A stretch of DNA of 64,000 nucleotides from Octopus sinensis (taxonomy: Eukaryota): positions 20,026,001-20,090,000 of the forward strand of contig NC_043008.1 in NCBI RefSeq assembly GCF_006345805.1. The letters are read 5' to 3'. Positions 50,071 to 61,625 of this stretch are shown here, in pieces. Positions within the stretch are counted from its first letter, which is position 1. Each line of letters starts with the position of its first letter. The translations under genes and the position numbers were made by a program. Below the pieces are notes generated by a model. The model ran no database searches. It was not told where the DNA came from and saw nothing but the letters and a program-made list of their open reading frames with translations.

Positions 50071-50585
50071 AACTTAAATTGGTTTCGGTCATTATCGGCC
50101 CAGACAATGACTAACTTAATAGCACCACCTGGAAAATTCTTCTAATTAAATATTTCGGGAAACTATGGACCACTCGAGCAGAGAGCTATTGTTGTTGGCT
50201 GAGACGTATCCAGCTGTAGATGGTTTGTCTGGTATTTCCTGGAAGGATTTGTCCAGGAACCGTTTGAAAGTTGTAGTGTCTTTTCCTACTTTGAATTCTT
50301 TCGGGATAACATTGAAAAAAGGAGGATCATTTGCAGTGAAGAAATTATGTCACAATGTTCTTATGTGATGTGATCTCGATCTTTTTAGGGGACGCTTTGC
50401 ACGGGGGCCCTTGTCTTGGATGAATTGTAAACATAATACCAGTATCATTTAGATAATATTGGTGGAATATTTTCCACATGGTGCAAATAATGAATCGGTC
50501 ACGGCGGCGTTGCAGAGAATAGCGTTTCAGCTGTTTAAGTAGAGCTTAATAATCAAGTCACACTATGACATTTATTTATTTCATA

Positions 50586-50806
50586 CACTGGCGAAAGTAA
50601 ATTTAAGACCGATGATAAAACTTCTATTTCTTACAAAATATTTTGTTATTAATACCACAAATATTATTATTGTCTGCATCATTCGAAACAGAAATAAATT
50701 CTGCATAAGTTGTAAAAGATAGAAATAATTTGCATCTTGTTAGTAACAAATTATTTTGTAAGAAATAGAAATTTTATCATCGGTCTTAAATTTATTTTCG
50801 CCAGTG
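50586..50806. mobile_element. Tc1/mariner-type MITE with ~70-bp TIRs
   Basis: ta|cactggcgaaagtaaatttaagaccgatgataaaa... and ...ttttatcatcggtcttaaatttattttcgccagtg|tg; the right TA TSD appears mutated. Confidence 0.8.
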
Positions 50807-51172
50807 TGTAACTTTTTACAAGGGTCAATGTAATTGACAAACGCGCTTCTCTGAAAGCAACTACTGGACCTGTAAAAAATCTTGAAGTGATGTTTCCAAT
50901 AACTTTTGTTACTGTTGGATAACTGAAATCAAAAGTGATTTACAAATGCTAAACTTCGAGTCTGTATTATGAAGGATTATGTTGGCGATAAGTAGTGTTA
51001 GCGTATCTACGTGACTCTGTGATCGATAGAGCTTTAAAGCAACCGCTACTTAAGATCTTTACTACAGAGTAAAATTAAATAATAGCGGGTAAATGGTATA
51101 TAGCAGTGCAAAATTGTACGGTGGACCGTCACAAACATACACATATGCATACGTGTGTGTATACGTTAGTAT

Positions 51173-51235
<63 letters not shown>

Positions 51236-51241
<6 letters not shown>

Positions 51242-51316
51242 CACACACGCTCACACTCCACTCACAGACACAGTTATATATCTATCTATCTATCTATCTC
51301 TCTCTCTCTCTCTATA

Positions 51317-51355
<39 letters not shown>

Positions 51356-51410
51356 CACACACGCTCACACTCCACTCACAGACACAGTTATATATCTATC
51401 TATCTATCTA

Positions 51411-51452
<42 letters not shown>
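51236..51452. repeat. Tandem duplication (~115 bp) of a compound microsatellite-containing unit
   Basis: acacatacacacacgctcacactccactcacagacacagttatatatctatc...ctctctatatat occurs twice consecutively. Confidence 0.9.
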
Positions 51453-51454
<2 letters not shown>

Positions 51455-51497
51455 GGTGAGAAAGTTGGTGTGTAAAAGCACGTGGTTGAATATATAA

Positions 51498-51884
51498 AAA
51501 AATAGTAAAAAGTTAAAAAACTACAGAAGGCTTGTTTTAAAAGGTTAAAAAATATATTTGAGTCATTATGTCAGAAGAATGTTATAACATTTTTTCATAC
51601 AGTGACATAGTTTTTGAAGAAATTACCGGTTTCGTGTTAACTTTTCAAATTTCTCAAAACATTGCGTTATGACTTCGTTATGAAGTGTAAAGTTGCACTT
51701 CATAACGAAGTCATAACACAATGTTTTGAGAAATTTGAAAAGTTAACACGAAACCGGTAATTTCTTCAAAAACTATGTCACTGTATGAAAAAATTTTATA
51801 ACATTCTTCTGACATAATGACTCAAATATATTTTTTAACCTTTTAAAACAAGCCTTCCGTAGTTTTTTAACTTTTTACTATTTT
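51498..51884. repeat. Near-perfect ~390-bp palindrome (arms ~190 bp, centre ~51691)
   Basis: aaaatagtaaaaagttaaaaaactac...gacttcgttatgaagtg and cacttcataacgaagtc...gtagttttttaactttttactatttt are reverse complements with few mismatches. Confidence 0.95.
51724..51771 (+). ncRNA. Minimal type I hammerhead-like motif with variant core (UUGAAAA instead of CUGANGA)
   Basis: Stem I UUUUGAGAAAU/AUUUCUUCAAAA (11 bp, 1 bulge); short stem II GU-UAAC-AC; GAAAC-CG-GUA with palindromic ACCGGU helix III. Mirror copy on the minus strand at 51612-51659. Confidence 0.5.
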
Positions 51885-52103
51885 CTATATCGATATCAGC
51901 TCTTTCAGTCCCTCCCATTAACTCAGCTTTCCGTTGATGCACTCTTCCCCTTGAGGTGTCCTTAAACCCCCTGTAAGTAAAAATAATAATAATAATATTA
52001 ATAATGATGATGATGATAATAAAAAACTATAATAAAAATAATAATAATTATACTACTACTAATAATAATAATAATAATGATAATAGTAATAATAGCAATT
52101 ATT

Positions 52104-52985
52104 ACCTTATTAATAAATACAGACCACTTCTAAACACATGCCCCTAACACGAACCCACAACAAACACACTTACACCTGCACACACCCTACACACACCTTT
52201 ACCCAGATATTAACACCATGACACACACAAATATATGGTTCCACACATACACATAATTGAATACGGGTGCAAACAATCCAACACTATTTTTTGGAAATGG
52301 CTGTAAATATTGACTTCACACAAATACGTTGCTTCCCGATACAGGCACAAGGCCAGCAGAACTATAAATATTGAAAATTGTACCCACCCACACACACATA
52401 TATACACGCGCGCGCGCCCCAACATACATATAAACACACGCGCGCGCGCGCACACACACATACATACATACATACAGCTCTCCCTGTTCTAAACGAACTT
52501 ACTTATCCAGTGAAGCGGAAAATACACTCCCTAACTACGCGCTAAAATGCTATTTAAAATATCCACATGACGTCTACTGACCAGCCTGAACAATAAGAAT
52601 TTTCAACAACACTATTTTCGAAAATTCTAAACATTCACGTGACCTCTTTATTATGGCCAATAAGAAATTTTAGGCGGGACACTAGCCAAATTTTAACTTC
52701 TCTGGAGCCTTTTTTCTTATCCCAACACCAACTTCCATTCAAACATTCACGTGACCCCTTCATAATGACCAATCAAAATTTTAGGCGCGAAACCAAGCAA
52801 ATCCAAAACAACTCTGAGCCTCTTTTTTTCACATATAAGAGACAGACTCTAATCTCTCTTTTATATTTTTTGATAAGCATAACAAATGCGCAACCGGTAA
52901 AAAGAACTTTCACCTAATTAAATTACTTAAATTACTTCAATTATTTGTCAGCATTTTCTTCATTTCCTTTTTTATATATATATAT
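52104..52985 (+). repeat. 5' pseudo-LTR of the Penelope element
   Basis: Direct repeat of 55821-56700 (offset 3717); roughly a dozen differences by eye; ends in a short (TA)n. Confidence 0.93.
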
Positions 52986-53025
52986 ATATATAACGGATTA
53001 CTCTTCCAATAACCCGTTCATAAAA

Positions 53026-55864
53026 ATGGGAAAACCAGGAACCCAACCACACAACTACTCCGCCAACCCTCCAACCTTGAACAAAAGAAGGAAACAGCAT
53101 ATTGAAGATGTACCTTCTTACCCCACGTCCATAAGGAGGAACAAGAACCCTGGAAACTCTCACCACCAGAATTACATTTACGAATTTCCCTCTTCAAGGA
53201 GACGCTACACACAACAACTCAACAACTACTCGAATACCTTATTAACAAATAAAAGAGGATCCCACTACCAGGATAGACACAACAACATCCACACCACGAG
53301 GGGACAACAAGGTAATTTTCACTTTCTCAACTCTCACAATACACAACAAACCCATACCACTCGATACAAGCACCCACGCAGGCCACTCATATCACCACAA
53401 TCCATCACAACACAAAGAAACACACACCAACACCCGCAATACAGGAACACCCCATTCTATCCACAACCACGAACCCGAACCATATTTCACAACAAGGAAT
53501 ATAACAAACACACAGGACCTTCTAACACCAACAGACAACCCCTCTACCCCAACCATTTTTAGACACAGCACACAGATACAGGCAAACAAAATAACACAGG
53601 ACAGGGAAGAGAAACATAAACTAATTAAAGTCATCAATTTAACCAATACAGAACCCAACCCCAACCTTCTCAACTTACTCTCCCAAAGGTCTGAAATTCA
53701 CACCAACCCCCCCACGTCCAAACTACTACGAAATGAAGGAATACATTACAGAATTTTGTAGAAAATTGCGACTTAGTGAGGAACTATTCGACCAGCACAA
53801 TGAGGATGAGTCACTAGCTAGAAATAAAAGCAACTACACCCCACGAAAGGTAGAAATAAAATCCTAGACGAATTCTGTGAGCACATTACAAACTTCCCCT
53901 ACCAACACTTACACAAACCAAAACCCAAACCAACCTCAACAAGAAAGAGTGGGAAGAATTAAACAAATTAAAAAATGAAAGATCTATCACCATTAAAGAG
54001 GCCGATAAGGAAGTGCAGTAGTCTTAATGGAGACAGAATACTATATCAACTTAGCACTCTCCACCTTGGAAAATGGAACATATTACGAAAAGGCTGAACA
54101 CTACAATCAACAGAAAATTATGAGAAACTTAAAAACCCTGATCAACCCCTACAAAGAAGAACTCACTAACAAAGAATTCAACTTCATCACAAATTTCACT
54201 AGTAAAACCAGCCTCTTCTACGGTATTCCCAAAATTCATAAAAGCGAATTAATAAGTAAGGCATGCAAGGAAGCCACAAACTTTGTAATCAATGTCCCCT
54301 CACCAAATGACCTCAAATTGAGACCTATAATAGCAGGTCCCGCTTGCGAAACCCACCGCCTTAGCAACTTCATTGATACCCTTCTCAAGCCGTTCCTCAA
54401 ACACATTAAAAGCTACATAAGGACGATCTAGATATGCTCAACCACCTCCCCAATACACTTCTTGCTGAACAACCCTGCTAGTAACATTCGATGTAGTCAA
54501 TCTTTACTCCAACATCCCCCACAACCTAGGAATATCCAATTCTGGCTGGATAATTACTCCAACGAACTCCCACACCGCATCAAAAAGGATTTATTTTAGA
54601 AGGACTCAAATTCATCTTAGAGAATAATTTCTTCACCTTCAACAACAAATTCTACAGACAGAAATCAGGGACGGCAATGGGAACGAAAACAGCTCCCACT
54701 TACGCAACTTAGTCATGGGATACCTGGAAATCACCCTCTATAAAAACGTTCTTAACCAATTTGGCACCACTCTCCACACACACATAGAGAAGAACTGGAA
54801 GAGATATCTTGATGACTGCTTCATCCTTTGGCCCGAAACCGTCGAGAAGCTTAACGAATTTCACACTCTTATAAATGGGCTCAACACAAACATTATTTTC
54901 ACAATGGAATACAGCCCTCAACAAATCCCTTCCTCGACATCCTCATTAAAATTCACAACAAAAAAATAGAAACAGACATACACTACAAGCCCACAGACTC
55001 CAAGCAATACCTCCCTTTCAATTCATGCCACCCTAGACACATTAAAATTAACATTCCCTACAACTTAGCCAAGAGAATTTGCACTATAGTCTCCAATAAA
55101 AACACCCGTCTCTTACGTCTACAAGAACTCAAGGGCACATTAACAAGCAGGGATTACCCCACGTCACTAATTGACAATGGGATCCAACGCGCCCTAAAAC
55201 TCAGCACGCAGGAACTTAGACGCCCTAAACCTGTTACATCGAAACCCCATACTCTACCATACATCTCTACACACAACCCCCTCAACAATGAAGCTTTTGA
55301 CACCATCCTCCAGAACATTCCTGTATTACAAAAGGACCATAGAATGAACCAAATCCTCCTAACACACGAAATCATAAAGAGCAAAAGGCAACCCAAATCA
55401 TTGAAAACCACCTAACAAATGCCAAAGTACTGCCAACCACAACAACTAAACCCACAGTAAACAAATGCAATATACCCAACTGTGGTATATGCATCAACCT
55501 AATAGAAGGTCCGGAATTCCTTTTTAAACAAGGACAACGTTTCACAGTAAAACACAACTTCACATGCGCATCAGAAAACCTAGTATATGTCTTAACTTGC
55601 TCGGGCTGTAATGAACACTACATAGGCCAAACAAAAAATAGCCTCCGCCAACGCATGACTGTCCACAGATCCCAAATAAAAATACAGGAATATAGAAAAA
55701 TAGCATTTAGTGCACATATTGATACCTGTGCCGCACAACTCCATCCCAATTTTAGAATCTTTCCCCTCTACAAATTTAAAGACAATGCCACTCATACCCA
55801 GCGAATAACCATGGAATCCCACCTTATTAATAAATACAGACCACTTCTAAACACATGCCCCTAA
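53026..55864 (+). pseudogene. Penelope reverse transcriptase / GIY-YIG endonuclease polyprotein, frameshifted
   Basis: KGLKFTPTP, IKEADKG, LFYGIPKIHK, LRPIIAG, FDVVNLYSNIP, QKSGTAMG, WKRYLDDCFILW, YKPTDSKQYLPFNSCHP, CNIPNCGICINL, VYVLTCSGCNEHYIGQT, E.HLINKYRPLLN-stop. Split over several frames (e.g. 54027-54431, 54715-54969, 55655-55864). Confidence 0.95.
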
Positions 55865-56682
55865 TACGAACCCACAACAAACACACTTACACCTGCACAC
55901 ACCCTACACACACCTTTACCCAGATATTAACACCATGACACACACAAATATATAGTTCCACACATACACATAATTGAATACGGGTGCAAAACATCCAACA
56001 CTATTTTTTGGAAATGGCTGTAAACATTGACTTCACACAAATACGTTGCTTCCCGATACAGGCACAAGGCCAGCAGAACTATAAATATTGAAAATTGTAC
56101 CCACCAACACACACATATATACACGCGCGCGCGCCCCAACATACATATAAACACACGCGCGCGCGCACACACACACATACATACATACATACAGCTCTCC
56201 CTGTTCTAAACGAACTTACTTATCCAGTCAAGCGGAAAATACACTCCCTAACTACGCGCTAAAAAGCTATTTAAAATATCCACATGACGTCTACTGACCA
56301 GCCTGAACAATAAGAATTTTCAACAACACTATTTTCGAAAATTCTAAACATTCACGTGACCTCTTTATTATGGCCAATAAGAAATTTTAGGCGGGACACT
56401 AGCCAAATTTTAACTTCTCTGGAGCCTTTTTTCTTACCCCAACACCAACTTCCATTCAAACATTCACGTGACCCCTTCATAATGACCAATCAAAATTTTA
56501 GGCGCGAAACCAAGCAAATCCAAAACAACTCTGGAGCCTCTTTTTTTCACATATAAGAGACAGACTCTAATCTCTCTTTTATATTTTGATAAGCATAACA
56601 AATGCGCAACCGGTAAAAGAACTTTCACCTAATTAAATTACTTAAATTACTTCAATTATTTGTCAGCATTTTCTTCATTTCC

Positions 56683-56700
<18 letters not shown>
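55821..56700 (+). repeat. 3' pseudo-LTR of the Penelope element
   Basis: Direct repeat of 52104-52985; runs into a long (TA)n/(TG)n block at 56690-57080. Confidence 0.93.
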
Positions 56701-56736
<36 letters not shown>

Positions 56737-56999
56737 ATATTATATTATATATACTATATATATATGTGTGCGTGTGTTTATATATATATATATATATGTG
56801 TATACATATATATACATATATATGTATACATATGTATATATATACATATACGTGTGTGTATACATGCTATATAAATGTATATATTTTTATGTATGTGTAT
56901 ATATATGTAGGTATATATGTATGTATATGTATATATGTATATGCATACATATATATATATATATTTATATATATATGTATATATATGTATGTATATATA

Positions 57000-57069
<70 letters not shown>

Positions 57070-57114
57070 TGTATACGTGTATATATATGTGATTGTCTGT
57101 GGGTATGTATATAG

Positions 57115-57250
57115 CTGAAATTTACAGAAAAACAAAACACAAAAACAGTTGTATGAACAACAAGCAGGTGTGTTAACTTGACACTCGTGTAAGTGAGGTA
57201 GCCTTTTACATTTCGAGCCCTCGTCTTTCAACAGAAAGGAATATGAGAGA
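57115..57250 (-). mobile_element. Short PLE-type repeat carrying a decayed hammerhead-like motif
   Basis: Minus strand reads CCUUU-CUGUUGA-aagacgagggcuc-GAAAU-GUA-AAAGG (5-bp stem I), followed by a GT/T-rich tail and microsatellite. Confidence 0.45.
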
Positions 57251-57820
57251 ATAAACTGATAAAACACTTAATTAGCCCCACGCCAACAGCCATAAATTAA
57301 CATCCCCTATCCAGCATCAACAAGTAAGGATTTGCTAATGTTACCAGCCGTCAAACATCGTGATGACTCACCATATTCGGCATCACCATAACAGCAAGCG
57401 ACAAGCTTTATTTTTCGTCACAACAATCACATCACAGAATATCCAAAACACCTGCATTTTACATACGAGATCTTAACTGCATCTACTAGCAACAGTATAA
57501 CGAGATAGCAACAGGCAGACAACTACTTTGATTATTACTATAACCAGATAACCAAAGTGTCGCAGCAGCACACACGCATGCATCTATATAACTGATAACC
57601 AGATGGCAACAAGCAAATCGTGCATTTTCTTACAAATTTAATATGTGTATACATATAATACATATATGTGTATACTTATATAATTATATGTAAATTCATA
57701 TTTGTATATAATATATGTACATATATGTGTGTGTGTGTGAGTATATATATATATATGTATATATATATACATATATATACATATATGTATATGTATATAT
57801 ATACACATATATATATAATA

Positions 57821-57895
<75 letters not shown>

Positions 57896-57959
57896 TGTAT
57901 ATTACATATATGTACATATATATATATAAACATGAATTTTCAAAGTCTAACCACATGTG

Positions 57960-58145
57960 AATCAGAGGCGATTTTTTCCTCCGTCTTGGGCTTTTCCCTG
58001 TCTTCTGCTTCTGAAGATGAGCTTTGCTCGAAACGTAAAATCATATATTTACATTCCCTGAGCGTCTGCTAATACTTTGCACGTACCACATCCTCACGTT
58101 GTTGTTTTATTTCTTCTGTTTCTTCTTCGATTTGGGGGATTTACA
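57960..58145 (+). mobile_element. Short non-coding repeat between (TA)n tracts carrying a hammerhead motif
   Basis: Pyrimidine-rich lead, hammerhead core, then ctgagcgt...ctaata...gttgttgtttt tail; same layout as 57115-57250. Confidence 0.55.
58007..58041 (+). ncRNA. Minimal type I hammerhead ribozyme motif with intact catalytic core
   Basis: CUGAAGA (58011-58017), U, stem II GAGC-UUU-GCUC, GAAAC (58030-58034), GUA cleavage triplet (58035-58037) with palindromic ACGU helix III. Stem I is weak (GCUU/AAAU). Confidence 0.6.
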
Positions 58146-58200
58146 AATATATATATATAATATTATATTAATTAGAGACAAAACCACTATTAGGCAAATC

Positions 58201-58245
<45 letters not shown>

Positions 58246-58414
58246 ATATATATATATATATTATATAGTGATGTATATGAATTTAGGTTTTTGAATGAAA
58301 TGTGAAGAAATTATCATTCTTTTACGGCTTAGTTCTCGGAGTACTATAAGCACAAGCCTAACTTATACATCTTATGATGAAGAACCCTTCTAGACAGAAA
58401 ACATAGTATATGTA

Positions 58415-58630
58415 CAGTAATTCTTCGCCATATCACAGTTCACATATCACGCTTTATTACGTCGATTCCTCGGTGTTGTTGTTGTGTAGGTATGATAAAA
58501 TAATAATTTATACAAACTATAAAAATGATTTTTAAAAATATGTACAGCACACTACTGTTTTTACTTCGAGGACGTCCCTCTATCGTGGGGCTTTTGGAAT
58601 CTCAAACAGGTGATAGTCGAAGGATTACTG
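58415..58630. mobile_element. Tigger/pogo-type MITE with TA TSD
   Basis: ta|cagtaattcttcgccatatcac ... gtgatagtcgaaggattactg|ta are imperfect inverted termini. Confidence 0.72.
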
Positions 58631-58650
58631 TATACATATATATATATATT

Positions 58651-58704
58651 TTTTATAGAAGGAGCTACTACAGTTCTAGTCCTGTAGAAGCTCCTTCTAT
58701 AAAA
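58651..58704. other. Compact hairpin: 23-bp stem (1 mismatch) with 8-nt loop
   Basis: ttttatagaaggagctactacag - ttctagtc - ctgtagaagctccttctataaaa. Confidence 0.85.
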
Positions 58705-58774
58705 TAAATTAATTTACTCTGCTATGTATTGAGTACCTTATTTACTGTGGTTAACCCCGACTCCACCCGGGACC

Positions 58775-58811
<37 letters not shown>

Positions 58812-59539
58812 TCAGTGGTTAGCCAATTTTTAAACATGTTCATTGCATTGCTCTTGTGTATATTTATCGTAATATTTATGGTTGTTTGTTAAAGCTGTCA
58901 CTTTGATTTTAGCAAGGGTTATTTTCACCCTATTTTTCTTTTAATTATTTTATATCGTACCTGTATAGATAAATAGCCACCTCATTATTACTGTATATAA
59001 CAGTAATAATACCTCATTTTATATACATATATATTATATATATGTGTGTGTATGGTGTGTGTGTGTGTGTGTGGTGTGTGTGTGTGCGTGTGTGTATGTG
59101 TGTGTGTGTGTGTGTGTGTGCGTGCTTAAATACATACATAATTTTATACATCGGTTTAAAACAATAGGATTACTAAAGGAAGGCCAGAATTCAGGAGAAG
59201 CGAAAACCAAATGACCTCATGATATTCATTGAAGGATTTTATTTCAGATATTCTCATTTCAAAAATTATCTCCGGTTAATCGTTGAGAGGAAGTTGCTGT
59301 TGCGTTGGCGGAGGTTTGCGCGCTCTGAGTGCTCCTGTTATTATTATATTTTATCATTCTCGCTTGGGTTTTATCTCAAGGAACTCTCTCTGCTCCCGTT
59401 TTCGAATGCTAGTTCTACAGGAGTTCATTACATTCTATGCAGGACATTGAATAGATGAAAAAATGCGTAAATAAGAATTTCACTTCGTTCTTCGGTTTGC
59501 CACTTCTTTGGCTGATTTACGTATTATTAAATTAATAAC

Positions 59540-60049
59540 AATTTTTCACCCTCATTTATAAATTTATAAATTTAATTATGCGGCAGTAAATATCTTATTT
59601 GATGCAGCGTACGTTTCCGACAAGTCTTAGGATGCTTTTCGCGGGGAATTTTGAGGCATAACCAAAAATGCAATTGGTTAAACCGCACGTGTATTTGACT
59701 CTCGTGTTGGTTTGATAAATTGTATTTAAGACAAACCTCTGCTGATGATTTATAGATGTTTAAGTAAGTAAAATTACATATTACATTAGTAATGAAACAA
59801 TTGTTCAGGGTCAATCTATATATTCGTTATGTTTCACTTTCCTTCCGTTAAATGTAATGTTATTTCTAGTTGGAAACATCATTTCTGTGGCTATACTATC
59901 GGAGCTATTTTTAGCACTAGAGCTATCCACATAGTGGTAACTCTCTAATAATTTATGTATAAATTTGTATTTTCTCCCTAGTTTTTTGTGCAAAGCCACT
60001 CGGTGTTAAATTAATGGTATTATTAAATTAATATCAATTTTTCACCCTC

Positions 60050-60055
<6 letters not shown>
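59540..60055. mobile_element. Longer copy of the repeat at 66-312, with a short direct duplication of its terminus upstream
   Basis: 59812-60055 matches 66-312; aattaata.caatttttcaccctcatttata occurs at ~59530-59560 and ~60026-60055. Confidence 0.75.
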
Positions 60056-60087
<32 letters not shown>

Positions 60088-60814
60088 GGCGGGCTTCTTC
60101 CTGTTTTCGTCTACCCTATTCACTCAGAAGGCTTTGATCGGCTTGAGGCTATAGTAGTATAATTTTCACATACTCAGTGTCTATGTAGTTGTCTGGTACT
60201 TCTCAAAACTAAGGAACTCCTGAACCCGGTCCAAACTACAGGATATACTATAAAATTATACCTTGGACATACATACATGCAAATTAACATCTATATTGGT
60301 TCTGCTGTCTAATGTCTTTTTCCCATAGTGTCTTTATAATGAGAAATTCAAATTAATATTAGACGTTTATGTATCGTAGGGCTAATGTGTAAAAGTTTTC
60401 AGTAATTTTTCACAACGATTACATTGCATGTTCTCGATCTAGCATTATTGCTCATGTTACTGCTTAGATACGTGAAATGATACATGATCTTAATTTAATT
60501 TCACGTAATTAGCACTGTAATGACATGAGTCATTCGTTTTCAGATTTGATTTATGGCAACATTATGGACGAAGAATATAAGTTTAATTTTACGCGAATTC
60601 TTTGTAACGAAATGCACGTTAGATGTTATTGGTTTCAAACTTTTAATTTGGATTTATCTGGTAGTAGAAACTGTAATAAAGACTACGTAAATTGAGTTAA
60701 AATATGAAGGATAATTAGAAAGAATTTAATTTCTTACAGAGTATATTTACATGTCTAACGAGAACAGTGACCGAGAACCAATTAAAAGATATGACGATTC
60801 GAACCGCCTCGATG

Positions 60815-61063
<249 letters not shown>

Positions 61064-61286
61064 TTAGACATGAATTCTTATTAGAATGCCAGATACTAAA
61101 ACCCATTCGAGAAAATATACTTCGAAAGTTATGATCAACAAGAACGTAAACAAACATTGTTCAATTTTTTTCTTAATGATAAAATTTTGTATCACTTACG
61201 TATATGGCCAAAACACCAGTCATCCGGGCATATGCATGTGATATATAATTTTTACCGATTTATGCCAAAATAATTTACATTTCGCA

Positions 61287-61625
61287 TTGGGCAAGTGTCT
61301 TCTACTATACCCTCGAGCCGACCAAAGCCTTCTGAGTGGATAGGGTACACGGAAACGGGAAGAAGCCCGTCGTATATATATGTATGTATGTATGTATGTA
61401 TTATGTATGTATGTATTATCTGTGTCTGTGTTTGTCCCGCCGCTATTGCTTGACAACCCTTCTTCATGTCTTTGCGTTTCGGTGTCCTAGCGGTTCGGTG
61501 AGAGAGACTGATGAATTGGGTGCTAGGCTTACAAAGAATAATAAGCTCGATTTCTTCGACTAAAGCCGGTGCTCCAGCATGGCCGCAGTGAAATGACTGT
61601 AACAAGTAAAAGAATAAAAAGAATA
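61287..61625 (+). mobile_element. 5'-truncated SINE family A
   Basis: ttgggcaagtgtcttctactat... through gctccagcatggccgcagtg...aacaagtaaaag. Confidence 0.88.

Larger units (their letters stand above)
52104..56690 (+). mobile_element. Penelope-like element (PLE), full structure: pLTR-ORF-pLTR
   Basis: RT and GIY-YIG motifs between two ~880-bp direct repeats; the 3' repeat overlaps the end of the endonuclease frame, a PLE hallmark. Confidence 0.95.

Noticed and set aside
55974-56001. Hammerhead-like geometry in the Penelope pLTR (UUGAAUA-CGGGUG-CAAAA-CAUCC-AACAC)
   Set aside because: The position and stem II fit, but both catalytic boxes are broken and no stem I/III was found; at most a relic.
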